Below the pieces are notes generated by a model. The model was not told the DNA's origin. It did not search any database and saw only the letters and a list, made by a program, of their open reading frames with translations. A stretch of 64,000 bases of DNA from an uncultured Clostridia bacterium (GTDB lineage: Bacteria; Bacillota; Clostridia; Christensenellales; UBA1242): NCBI GenBank assembly GCA_934747255.1, contig CAKVGH010000004.1, positions 11,526 to 75,525 on the forward strand, read 5' to 3'. Position 1 is the first letter of the stretch, and every line of letters starts with the position of its first letter. This document shows, one piece after another, positions 27,029 to 38,400 of this stretch. Both the position numbers and the translations under genes were made by a program.

Positions 27029-29197
27029 TTATGACAAACCTTCTGTCGCTGGCAAAAAGCCCGTGAATCCAAAAGTAAATGGATTGTCGTTTGAAGCGGC
27101 AAAGATAATTTCAATATACTCGCAAGATTTTGTTACAGCACTCAAATTGCTATCGCTATACGAATACAATTTTTCGCCCTTTGGACCAATCATCGAAGTA
27201 TATTCTGGGTTAGTTTTTGGTGATGGAGCAAAAATTGATGCGTGCCCTGTTGGTCTATTTGCTAATTTTTTGCTTACATCATAGTAACCAGTAGCAAAAG
27301 GCTCTATATAATAAAGTTCTTTTTGCTTTTTATCGCCGTTAATGTCTTCATATTCATAGTTGAAAGTATGGTCATTTGCTATTCCGTTGAATTTTGCTTT
27401 TTTGAACATTTCATCAAATTCCACTGAGAACATACAACCTTCTTCCCACTTTCCGCCAACATTCTTTACAGAATATGGACCATTGACATTTTGATTGCTT
27501 GCAATCAAGAATAAAGATTTGTCATCGCCTTTGCCGTTATCAAATTGTGCAAAGCCACTGCCATTGCGGTAATATCTTGCATAAACATTAAGATTAACTT
27601 GGACGCCTTCCGTACTTTCCAAAATCATATAAATTGAACCGATAGAGTTTTTGTCTAGTCCCCTATCTTTTGTACATAAAAGCAAACTTTTGTATGCTCT
27701 TTTTTCCATCTTGCAACTGCTTGAACTGGTTGTAGAAGATGAAACTTCCATTTCGCTATAAGTAAAGTCCTTTGAAAATACATTTGAAATTGTTGGATAA
27801 TTGTTATTGCCTAAATATTTTTCAAAAACTCCGTCCCTTTTTATCTCCAATTTTTCGTTATCATTATGCTCACCTTTCAAAACATTGTCTACAATGTAAG
27901 AAGTTGTGTTTTCATAATTTCTAAAATACGAAAGTGGTCTATATTTTGCAATAGATTTTCCGTTTACGCTAGTCAAAGCAATATCAACTTTGTTGTCGTT
28001 ATTAAAATCTTGCCAAACCTTGACTGTTAGTTGTTCGTTTGCAACTGATTGTGCATAAACCTGCTCAATGGCTTGCTTAACTGACAGCAACTCATTTTGA
28101 TTGATAAAAGATGACAAGCCATCATATTTTGAATTGGAATTATTAGATGTATCGTAACTTAAACCTGCTTTTTCATCAGCATAATAGTAACTTTCGCCTT
28201 CAAATTTATCTCTACTATTTGGAGCAATATAATCGCCTGTTGAGTTATCGTATACCAAGAATTTTCGGTCATTAGCCATAGCATTAGAGCCAATCACTCT
28301 ATCTAAAATAAATCTAACAAATGCTTGTTCTTCCGTTGATACTGCATCAACTGTTGATGGCATAATACCACTATGCTTAACTATGAATGACAAATCTGTT
28401 GCTGCCGATTTATAATCTTTGCTTGAAGTATTTGCAATAGCATCGTAATCTCTCAAAAATTCCGCATAAACAATATCAAATGTGTTTGTATTTTGATAGA
28501 ACTTGTCCACAATCGATAGTATTGCGTAAGTCATTTTCCATAAGTTGCTAGATTTATCTGCCGAACTAATATCTGTTATGTCGCAACCTATAAACAAACT
28601 AAATGTAGAAGTTGTTGCACCGGTTGGCATAAACACCCACTGTTGACTTGCCATAGCATTTTTATAACTAATTTTGTTGGCGTCCAAATCTGGATTATAT
28701 GTATATTTTACCTGCGTGCTAACATTGTTAATAGTTTCGTTTTCAATGTATTCAATTTTATTTGATAAGGAAATGGTATATGAGCCAAAACCTTTTTTTA
28801 AGTTTTCAAGTTCAATGGAAGAATATTCTTCTTGCCCACCACCATAGTTTTGAAGCAAACCAACCATAGTATCAAGGGCTAACATTTGAGTAGTTTCCAA
28901 AGTTTCGCTAGCAAATTTTTTGAATTCTTCGTTTTGTGTTGCAGAACTTGTACTAACCGTATACGAAACCTTGCCTGCTGTTAAGTAATCAGTAACTTTG
29001 TAAGTTGGAGTTATTGGACTTGGTGGGTTTGGTGTTTCTGAACCGCCACCACTTCCGCCCGAGCCACCGCCAGTTTCGCCCGAACCACCACCACTGTCAC
29101 TTGGAAAATCTTCGAACGAACAGCCCACAAAAACAAGTGGAGAAAATGCAAAAATAACACTTAACATAATCAAAAGTAATCGTTTAAGTTTTTTCAT
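27029..29197 (-). CDS. Large surface lipoprotein (722 aa) of the T4SS-like island
   Basis: Signal peptide and lipobox MKKLKRLLLIMLSVIFAFSPLVFVGCSF, then a Gly/Ser/Pro linker (SGGGSGETGGGSGGSGGGSETPNPPSP). I use ATG 29197 (GGGAG 9 nt upstream) instead of the track GTG at 29203. Confidence 0.7.
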   Translation of the reverse strand: MKKLKRLLLIMLSVIFAFSPLVFVGCSFEDFPSDSGGGSGETGGGSGGSGGGSETPNPPSPITPTYKVTDYLTAGKVSYTVSTSSATQNEEFKKFASETLETTQMLALDTMVGLLQNYGGGQEEYSSIELENLKKGFGSYTISLSNKIEYIENETINNVSTQVKYTYNPDLDANKISYKNAMASQQWVFMPTGATTSTFSLFIGCDITDISSADKSSNLWKMTYAILSIVDKFYQNTNTFDIVYAEFLRDYDAIANTSSKDYKSAATDLSFIVKHSGIMPSTVDAVSTEEQAFVRFILDRVIGSNAMANDRKFLVYDNSTGDYIAPNSRDKFEGESYYYADEKAGLSYDTSNNSNSKYDGLSSFINQNELLSVKQAIEQVYAQSVANEQLTVKVWQDFNNDNKVDIALTSVNGKSIAKYRPLSYFRNYENTTSYIVDNVLKGEHNDNEKLEIKRDGVFEKYLGNNNYPTISNVFSKDFTYSEMEVSSSTTSSSSCKMEKRAYKSLLLCTKDRGLDKNSIGSIYMILESTEGVQVNLNVYARYYRNGSGFAQFDNGKGDDKSLFLIASNQNVNGPYSVKNVGGKWEEGCMFSVEFDEMFKKAKFNGIANDHTFNYEYEDINGDKKQKELYYIEPFATGYYDVSKKLANRPTGHASIFAPSPKTNPEYTSMIGPKGEKLYSYSDSNLSAVTKSCEYIEIIFAASNDNPFTFGFTGFLPATEGLS

Positions 29198-29230
29198 TGT
29201 CACTATCTCCCTTATATATTATTTACATAT

Positions 29231-29258
29231 AGTATATCACAAAAAATATAAAATTCAA
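29231..29258 (-). promoter_or_regulatory. Candidate promoter of the lipoprotein/VirB6-like unit
   Basis: Minus strand reads TTGAAT (29258-29253), a 16-nt spacer, then TATACT (29236-29231) with an extended -10 TGA. Confidence 0.4.
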
Positions 29259-29435
29259 TAGTTTATCATTTTTTTTTGACATATTTTTTCATTTTTTTTA
29301 GATTTATTTTTATTGCCAATTTTTTCATTTGACAGAAAAAATAAAAATTGTTTTTATAAAAAAATACTGCAAAAAAACAAAAAATAATAAATAATTTTCA
29401 CTAAAAAGCAAAGTAAGAATAATTATCATTTAGCA

Positions 29436-29461
29436 TTAAAAAACAGCGAGTAATCGCTGTT
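29436..29461 (-). terminator. Terminator immediately after the pilin-like gene
   Basis: Hairpin acagcga-gtaa-tcgctgt at 29443-29460, followed on the minus strand by UUUUUU. Confidence 0.7.
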
Positions 29462-29465
29462 TTTG

Positions 29466-29786
29466 TTAAATCAAACCAATCATTGTTTTAGTGGCATCTG
29501 AATCACCTACCCAGTTTGGTAAGTTTTCCAGTAACAATTTAAGACCAAATATCAATATGATTAAAGTTGCCATAGTAATTAACACGCCAATAATTCTTTT
29601 TTTTGCCGTTTCTCTTTTTTCAGCACTATCAGATTTTGCCATATTAACAGCCAAAATAATAGCATAAATGCTACCACCTGTTGCGAGCAACGAAACCACT
29701 GGAATTGTAATAACATTCAAGACATCTACTATTGGTTGTAAAAATTCAACATTTAATAGCAATAAATTCATTATAAATGCGTCCAT
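29466..29786 (-). CDS. VirB2/TrbC-like two-helix small membrane protein (pilin candidate)
   Basis: 106 aa. Two hydrophobic helices (ITIPVVSLLATGGSIYAIILAVNM and IIGVLITMATLIILIFGLKLL) are separated by the charged loop AKSDSAEKRETAKKR. AGGAGA ribosome-binding site. The gene has its own strong promoter and terminator. Confidence 0.55.
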   Translation of the reverse strand: MDAFIMNLLLLNVEFLQPIVDVLNVITIPVVSLLATGGSIYAIILAVNMAKSDSAEKRETAKKRIIGVLITMATLIILIFGLKLLLENLPNWVGDSDATKTMIGLI

Positions 29787-29804
29787 AATCTTTCTCCTGC
29801 TTGC

Positions 29805-29833
29805 ATTTTAACACATATTTAATTTTTTTTCAA
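29805..29833 (-). promoter_or_regulatory. Strong sigma-A-type promoter of the pilin-like gene
   Basis: Minus strand reads TTGAAA (29833-29828), a 17-nt spacer, then TAAAAT (29810-29805) with an extended -10 TGT. Confidence 0.55.
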
Positions 29834-30089
29834 TAATATTTTGTAAATTTTAGAAAAATATTTTATCACTTTAATTATTTATTCATTGTCATTACGAATA
29901 TTTTGACTTTCCAAATATATCAAATTGAAACAAATTATCATTTCTCATTGTTTTTAAGGACTTATCAACAAACCATTTATAAAATTATTGTGGAAATCTA
30001 GTGAAAAACTATTTTGACATAAATTTGCTCTAAATTTTTAGCAAAATGATAAAATATATATAAGATAGTATATTTTCATTATTTATCAT

Positions 30090-30119
30090 TTGCATTTTGC
30101 AAAAATTTTATGATAAAAT
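30090..30119 (+). promoter_or_regulatory. Candidate promoter of the VirD4 gene
   Basis: TTGCAT (30090-30095), an 18-nt spacer, then TAAAAT (30114-30119) with an extended -10 TGA. A second TGATAAAAT lies at about 30047. Confidence 0.4.
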
Positions 30120-30168
30120 TTATCTGCAATATCACAAAAAATTATTAAAAAAATTTTAGAGGTTATAA

Positions 30169-32199
30169 ATGAAAAAAGTAGGAAAATTTTTATTAAAAGC
30201 CGTTTTAACTTTAATTGGAAGTTTAATTATCGGCTACTTAATAACGAGTTTTATCAAAGCAAAAACAATTGTTTGGAATGTTGATTATTTGTTTGACACA
30301 ACTACTCTTGCCATTGCAGGTGGAGTTGTACTTGTAGTTTTGATAATGATGTTCAACAAATTTGATGCCGACAAGCCTACTAGCTCAAAAGGTAACAAGG
30401 TTGTTGATGACAAGGGTAATAAAGTTCAACAATATTACAGCACAAAATGGGTTTCTCTTGAAGATTTAAGAACCAACCCAAAATTTATGTTTAACACCTA
30501 CTCCAATCTAAAAAATCAAAATAAAGATGGTATTCCTATTAGAGCAGAATATATCAAGGGCAAAACAGAAATCAATATGCACAAGCCTATCCACACCATT
30601 GTAATTGGTACAACTGGTTCTGGTAAAACAACAATGCTTGTTGACCCAACTATTCAAATTTTAAGTGAAACAAAAAGCAAGCCTAGTATGGTAATTTCCG
30701 ACCCAAAAGGCGAATTATATGCTCATAACGCAGTAAAACTTAAAGAAAGTGGCTACGATGTTCAAGTAGTTGACCTTCGTGAGCCAGATAAAAGTGCAAG
30801 GTGGAATCCTATTGAAAGAGCCTATGATTCTTACCAAAGAGCACACAATCTTGTAAACGAAGTAAAAAAACACGAAGGCGACCCAAAAGTACTAAAACTA
30901 TTAACTATTCCTGATGCAGACTATTCAAAAGCGTGGTACGAATTTGACGGAGTTGCTTACGACAAACTTGATACTCTAAAAAAAGACATTGCAGCAATGA
31001 AAGACAAGTTAATCAACATTGCTATGGAAGATATTCAGGATATTGCCGAAACTCTCTGCCCTGTTCAAGGACAAGACCCAAGTTGGTCACGAGGTGCACA
31101 AGGCTTCATTAGAGCAATTATGATTGCGATGCTAGAAGATAGTTTGAACCCAGAACTTGGAATGACAAAAGAAAAATTTAACTTTTATAATTTATACAAA
31201 ATTTCTGGTATTAGAGATGAAGGAAACGACAACTTTGTAACTTTAAGAAAATATTTTAATGGCAGACCAAAAACCAGCCCTTCTTATGACCTAGCAGGAA
31301 CTGTTGTAAACAACGCAGGTGCAACAAGTAAAGGTTATATGGGACATGTAACAGGTTCATTAAATACATTTGCTGATACTGGCGTGTGTTACCTAACTAG
31401 CGGAACTGACATTGATTTTAGTCAATTTGCCGACAAGCCAACTGCCCTATTCATTATTATCCCAGACGAAAAAAACACAAGACACGCAATTGCAAATATT
31501 TATATCTCACAACTATACAAAATGCTTATCGAAAGAGCAAACCAACGAGCAAAACAAACTGGTGGCGAGCCAGAACTCCCACGAAATGTTTACTTCCTAC
31601 TTGATGAGTTCGGTAACTTGCCAAAATTTGAAAAAATGAAAAGTTTTATTACCGCTGGTAGAAGCCGAAGAATTTACCTTATGCTCGTACTTCAAGACTA
31701 CACCCAACTTGCTTCTATTTACGGAGAGCAAGACGCAGCGACTATTAGAAACAATTGTAATATTCACATATTTATTGGAACAAAAGATGCCAAGACTCGT
31801 GAAGAATTTAGTAAAAATTGTGGTAATATTCAAATTAACATTATCAGCCAAAACAAAAGCACAAGCACAGACAAGAATACTGGTTCATCAAACGGTTCAA
31901 GTACAAGCGAAAGTAGTCAGTACCAACAAAGGCCACTCATTAGCCCTGACGAACTTGACCATTTGCCAGCAGAAACCGTAGTTGTAAGTATGTTTGGTGA
32001 CTTTGCTGCAAAAACAAAGTTTACGCCATCATATAAAAACCCACAATACAACTTTACTCGTCAACCAATAATGTACAAACCTAGCAAATACCTTGACCAA
32101 GAAGCAGTTTATTACGATATTAAGGAACGCAATGCCAAAGTATTAAAAGAAGAAGATGATGACGATGACGACTTTGACTTTTCAAAGTTTAGAAAATAA
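30169..32199 (+). CDS. virD4: Type IV secretion coupling protein (VirD4/TraG/TraD family)
   Basis: 676 aa with two N-terminal TM helices, Walker A VIGTTGSGKTT, Walker B VYFLLDEFGNLP and SRRIYLMLVLQDYTQL. The C-terminal tail is acidic (EEDDDDDDFDF). Confidence 0.85.
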   Translation: MKKVGKFLLKAVLTLIGSLIIGYLITSFIKAKTIVWNVDYLFDTTTLAIAGGVVLVVLIMMFNKFDADKPTSSKGNKVVDDKGNKVQQYYSTKWVSLEDLRTNPKFMFNTYSNLKNQNKDGIPIRAEYIKGKTEINMHKPIHTIVIGTTGSGKTTMLVDPTIQILSETKSKPSMVISDPKGELYAHNAVKLKESGYDVQVVDLREPDKSARWNPIERAYDSYQRAHNLVNEVKKHEGDPKVLKLLTIPDADYSKAWYEFDGVAYDKLDTLKKDIAAMKDKLINIAMEDIQDIAETLCPVQGQDPSWSRGAQGFIRAIMIAMLEDSLNPELGMTKEKFNFYNLYKISGIRDEGNDNFVTLRKYFNGRPKTSPSYDLAGTVVNNAGATSKGYMGHVTGSLNTFADTGVCYLTSGTDIDFSQFADKPTALFIIIPDEKNTRHAIANIYISQLYKMLIERANQRAKQTGGEPELPRNVYFLLDEFGNLPKFEKMKSFITAGRSRRIYLMLVLQDYTQLASIYGEQDAATIRNNCNIHIFIGTKDAKTREEFSKNCGNIQINIISQNKSTSTDKNTGSSNGSSTSESSQYQQRPLISPDELDHLPAETVVVSMFGDFAAKTKFTPSYKNPQYNFTRQPIMYKPSKYLDQEAVYYDIKERNAKVLKEEDDDDDDFDFSKFRK

Positions 32200-32202
32200 A
32201 TT

Positions 32203-32229
32203 AAAACCACTGTTTACAGTGGTTTTTTT
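32203..32229 (+). terminator. Terminator after VirD4
   Basis: Hairpin aaaaccactg-ttta-cagtggtttt at 32203-32226, followed by a T-run. Confidence 0.75.
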
Positions 32230-32397
32230 ATTGATATTTGTTATCATTAAAACGCAAATTTCTCTTAAAATTGAATAAAATTTTTAATAAAATAATATGT
32301 GATATTAAGTATCAATAACAGGGTTTTGTATAATTTTCAAATTGCTACTTAAAATAAGTATATAATATTATTTATATAATAAATTATATTATTTTAT

Positions 32398-32427
32398 TTG
32401 AAAATAAATTTGTTTGTGTGTTAAAAT
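32398..32427 (+). promoter_or_regulatory. Sigma-A-type promoter of the giant surface-protein gene
   Basis: TTGAAA (32398-32403), an 18-nt spacer, then TAAAAT (32422-32427) with an extended -10 TGT. The TGTGTTAAAAT core is the same as in the pilin-like gene promoter. Confidence 0.5.
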
Positions 32428-32462
32428 ATATTCGTAATTTTATTACGATAGGAGAAATCTAT

Positions 32463-35400
32463 ATGAGAAGTAATACAAAGTCTAAAATTTTATTTCCAAT
32501 AATAGCAATTTTCAGTTTGCTACTTTCCAGTTTTGGTGGAATTTTTTTGGCATTAAGATTAAGACAAAAAGATGAAGTTTTTGCTGTTGATACACCTATT
32601 GAAAGTCCAATAGGAGTTAAAAAAATATCGGCATCAAAAGACAATGCAACTGAAAGTTATCTTTTTGATACCGAAACCAGTGTAGTAGTACAGTCAAGCG
32701 AAAATCAAACAATCAAAAATAACGAACTAGTTATATTAAACAACACTTCCACAGGTAAGGAAGTTGTTTTAGTTTCGTTTAATATTGAAAATTTAAGCGT
32801 AAGTCTTGATGATGACAAAAACGAAGTTTATAAGCATCAAACTATTTCGACAGACACGAGTAATACAATTTACTATACATTGCAAGTTAATGCTTATCTA
32901 AACGGCAAGCCATTGCTTACTAACGAAAGCATTAAGGACCAAACTGCAACCGCTACAAAATATTACTATCAAGTGTTAAATCTAGATAGTTCAGCAAGCA
33001 ACCCTAACCCACTTAAATATAGTGACGGAACAATTGTTGACGACCCACAAGGCAAATTTACCTTTGTTTTTGAATATTCTCCAAAGGTTGGAACTGTTGT
33101 AGAACCAGCTAAAAAGCAAACTATTGACTTTTATGTTTACAATGAAAGTTACTTTGAAAATGTAACCAACTCTAATGGCACACTTGTAAACGAAAGTGAA
33201 AAAATTGAGCCAAGACTTTATAACACAGAAAAAATTAACAAATCATATTTCAATTCTTCTAACGATATTATTGATGGCACAGAATACAACTACTTTAATT
33301 ACACTATAAAGACAACTGACTACGAAAACAAGGCTAATAGTCAAGACTCACTAAAATATCCAACTATTTCGTATGACGCAAAAAAATATGCCGTAAAATA
33401 TACTCACACACTTTATGGTGTTAAAAACGAATATAAATTCATTTTCAGTGGCAAATATGACGAAAATAATAATGCAGTAATAAGTGTTTACAAAAATGAT
33501 AATTTAATGACAAATGATGAACTAAAAAGTATAAATTTAGTTATCAACACAAACGGAACATTTACCGATATTATATTAAACAACATTGGCGAATACGATA
33601 TTTACTATAATTTTGTTATTGAAAACAAAGAGTATAGCGAAACTACTCAACAATTTGTTGTAACTGATTACATAATCAACTCCAACTCATCTACTGGATA
33701 TAGTGATGAAAACATATCTTTTGTTAAAAAGGAAAATTGGCAAAGAGTTGGCGATGTAAAATTGTACCTTTATGGCTATCAACTATATTACAGCGACTAT
33801 ACAAATTCAAGCATTAGTAACAAAGAATTCAAAAACATTAGTGAAAACTTGCTAACAGATGTTACTTATAAAAACAATGCTGACAACTTTACTGACAGAA
33901 GCAAAGACCTAGACATTTTAACAACAATTTGCTCAACAAACCAAGCACCAGTGTTTATGGACTATTATGCTAGAATGACAACTAATAGCAACAAGACAGT
34001 AAGTTATTACAAATACTGGGCTTCCAAAGAAGCATACTTATCTAACCCATATACTCCACAAAGTATTAAAGAAAACATTACAAACAACGAACGCTTTACT
34101 CAAAATGGCTATTACCAAGTATTTATTCAATATCAATTTGATAACTACAAGTATTTGGCAAATGATGCTTTGAATGACGGAAGCAACACAGACCACTATC
34201 AATTCTTCTCGTTTGAAATTAAAAACAGCGAGCCTACAATTAGTGTTAAAACTTCTAACACAGAGGAAACGACTCTAAACGGAGTGGACATTCCTACAAA
34301 CTCATTTACAAACCAAAATGTTTCAATTAGTTGGAGCACAAACAATACAAGTTTTGATATTGCACCAAGAGTTACAATCAACAAACACATTTTTGGAGCA
34401 GAAAATGGAACTTGGCAAACAGTTTACAGCGATACAAATTCTACTATCAACTCTGCTCTTTATGGAATAAGCAAACAATCTTCGGCAAATGAAATTTTAA
34501 TTGAAAAGACCGCCGAGATTGATACAAATGGACTTTACGAAGTTATTGTCAACTATGGCCCAGGTATCCATACAGTTGTAAAATATCGTTTCTCTATCGA
34601 CTACACAGATATTCAAGGCATAAAAACCTATGCTATTACAAATCAAAACGGAAACACAGTGAATTTATCACAAACACAAGAAAGTTTAATCAATAGTGCA
34701 TTTGCTCTTGACTGGAACGACAAGCAAAGTGGTGCTATCATAACTACTACATACGACTTTATTCCACTCGAAAAAATCGAAGGCTTTGATGCTATAAATC
34801 AAAATAAATTGCCTGACCTAACAAAATATAGTACTGCAGAAGCATTGCAGGAAGAAATTGCAAAAGGATTAAACTTAAAAAATGGTTATATATTTAATTC
34901 CGTTACACAAAATATTCCTTACATAAAGCTTTCTTACACAATTACAAACGAAGTCATTACTCTAAATGATATTAACTCAATGCGTACAAGTGCGGGACTA
35001 TACATATTTACAATAAAAGATAGTGCTGGCAATGTTAGTTACAAAACAATGATTGTTGACAACTCTTCTCCACTCGTATTAAGTTTCACAGACGAAGACA
35101 AAAATAGTGATGGAGATAGAATCTACTTTGTAGCTAACGACAGCAAAAAGATAGCATCAAGAAACACAATAGTATTCTGGGGCGATAACAAAGTTATTCA
35201 AATTAACACTGCTCTTTCTACCTACATTGGTGGACTAAACGCAGATATTAAAAAGATAATCACTCAAAACTATACTTTTGATGACAGTAATTTATTAGTT
35301 GCTCTAAAAAATGCAACATCTGTTGAAAAAAATATCATTGCAGATAAATCTTATACTCAAACAGCAGAAATTTCTAATTCTAGTCAAGTGTTCTATATCA

Positions 35401-38400
35401 AATATACAGACGCACAACTAACCGAACTAAATTCTAGCAAACAAAAACAAGAAGTTATAAACAAATACTGGAATTACAGTGACCACATTCACTCAATCAC
35501 AGTAAATGATAACTCAAACCAATTTGCACAAACAAATAACAACAAAGTTTACTCAACTAGTGCATTATTTGGTTTGGAAATGAACAGCGATAACTCATTG
35601 CTTATGGCGTATGTTAGTGGCGACTATCCAACAAATGATAGCCAAAGACTATATCAAGCCGAAATTGCTACTGGCGACAAACTTTACCTTGAATGGATTG
35701 AAAACGAAGGCAACGATTTTGAAGTTAAGTCAATAAAATACTACTATTATCCACTTGACTTTGATACAACAAGTGCCAACTATCCATATTCAAGCACTCC
35801 ACAACTAGAAAAGGAACTTGATTTAACACAAAGCATCAGTTCTACTGTTAGCGGAAACCAATCTATAAAAGTTATGTCTAGTGCAATCAACACAGAAGGC
35901 ACAACAAAATCATTACAAGGACTTTACATTGTAAGGCGTGAATACACTTCTTCTCTTCACTCTAATGACGCAGACAATACTTCTGGTGATTACAGTCCAA
36001 GATATTACATCTTTATTATTGACCGAAACAAAGTAATCAGTTATTCAAGCACAAACTCCCTTATTGGTGAAAAAATTGGTTTACAATTAAGCAACAACTA
36101 TTATGGTTATGAAAACTATCAAAAGTTGTTTGCAGGAAGTGACTTCTTACTAGACACTGACGAAAACGCATCAAAATTTATTACAAGTAAACTTGCAGTA
36201 ACATTCATTAACGAAATTGCAAAACTTAACAAATATGATACTTACTCAAAAACAATCAGTGATAATAATCAACCGCTAGAAATTAACAACGAAAACACTG
36301 GCTTTAACATTGCTAAACAAGTTAAAACAACATTTAATCTTAAAGAGTCGGTTATTTACTTTAACAGCACAAAGAATTTTAACTCTATACCCCCTACTAC
36401 TGACCCAGAAGCATTAGCATTTAGAAAAAACGGCTTCTACAAAGTTGTTTTGCAAGATAAATCAGCAAACAAAGAGCAAGACAGCAACGAATACTCATTT
36501 ATCTTCCAAATAAATGTTGAAGAACCGCAAGCAAATATCATTAAGTACACTCAAAATCAAATTACTGGCAAAACAGAATATTTGTACTACACCGAAGGTC
36601 AAGAAAATATTTCCACCAACAAACGCAATATGTTAGTTGTTTGGAACAAGCCAGCAAGCACATTAGGTTTTGATGCCGAAATCGACCGCTATAACTTTGA
36701 TATTTCTATCAAATTTGATAGTGGAAAAGAAATTGAATTAACTGTTAAAAACGGTGTTCTCTCCGCTAGCGGTATCGCAATTAGCGGAAATGCTAGTTTA
36801 GATATAACCGACATTAGCACAGACGAGTTAAAACAAAATTCTAGTTTTGAAAACCCAACTTGGGACTATCACCTAGACTTTGCAAAAATATTTGAAATTC
36901 TTGGCGAAGATTACTCAAAACAAAGTGCAAAATATGATATTACATTAAGATATGTTGGTAACGAAGACGACTATTCTGGTCTATCTAACGAACAATCTTC
37001 TGTAAACAAATATTTCTACACAATAAAATCAGTTGTATTTGACTTTAACAAGCCATCATACAACTTTGAAAGATTATTCAATAGCGATGCATTCCTATCT
37101 TCAAACAACATTACATTGCAAGACTTTATAAAGGAAGATAGTGATATTAACATTGAAAACTATGCCTTTACAGTTACTCCAAACTTTACTATCAACCAAA
37201 TGGTAACAACTGGTGATAGCATTTGGACAACAAATATGGACACATATCAAATGTTCATTAGAAAATACGACAAGTATGCAAGTGAGTCTATGGCAAGTCA
37301 ACAAAGTTTGACACCTGATGACCCAAGATACGAAAATCGTGATGACTATCCAAATAGATACAGATTTGAAGAAAACTTGAAAGTAAATAATCAAAATGTT
37401 TACACAAACATTACTGATTACTACTGGAATGGTGACGAAAAACACAGTTACACACTTCAAGACATTTTGGCAAACTTTAACCTTGAAACAAACAATTACT
37501 ACGAAATTATTGAGCGTGACTTTGCTGGAAATTACAGAGTTTATACAATTTATGTTAAGCAAGACAGTGATACAATTTCGAGTGCAAACTTTGTTTTAAG
37601 CAACTATGATTCTACCCCTACTCCAAGCGAAAAACTATTTACTAAAATTGATAGATATTCGGTTAACGACACAACAACTGAAATTACATTAAAAACAAAA
37701 GAAGAACTTTCTGGATTTATTGACAGTCTTGACTTTGAAGCATTATTTAGTCAAAACCTAACATTAAAGACATTGATTGACTTTAATGACGAAAACAGTT
37801 ATGTTCAAAAATACCTATCTGTTTTCATTCAAGATGCAACAAACAGTAAAGACTACCTATTCACTTTAAGTCCAAACGATAATATTGACGAATTTATATC
37901 TCAAATTAACGATTGCATTAAGGTATACAATCAAGACACAGGAAACATTTACTATCTCACATTTATTTCTTCTCTTGGCGAAGTATTAAAAGTGGAACAC
38001 AGAAAACCTAACAAAGACTACCCACAATACACAATTTCTGTTGGCGACACTGGATTTGACATTGAATTTGTAGTAACACTTGACGACAAAAATTCTAGTG
38101 CTTATATCACCGAATTTGAAGCCTACAAGGCAGAAAATGGCGTTATTGACCAAAATAAATTGGAAAATGATAGCAACGGAAAACTTATCATTCAAGATAT
38201 AAAACAATACTTAATTGACAGCAACCTTTCTACCAGCACATTTAGATATTCCTTCCGTATGCAAGGCAATTCGGGAAGCGAATTCTGGATTATATTAAAA
38301 GATAATTTTGGTAGAGAAAAGAAAATTAGACAAATTATTGGTCTAACTGACAATCAAGACAAAATTGTATTTAACGCAGACAGCCAAAATATTCAAACAA

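Noticed and set aside
32542-32548. A T7 homopolymer early in the giant gene as a slipped-strand phase-variation switch.
   Set aside because: Seven T's are unremarkable in this AT-rich genome and too short to argue for programmed slippage. No longer tract or repeat lies in the 5' region or the promoter spacer.
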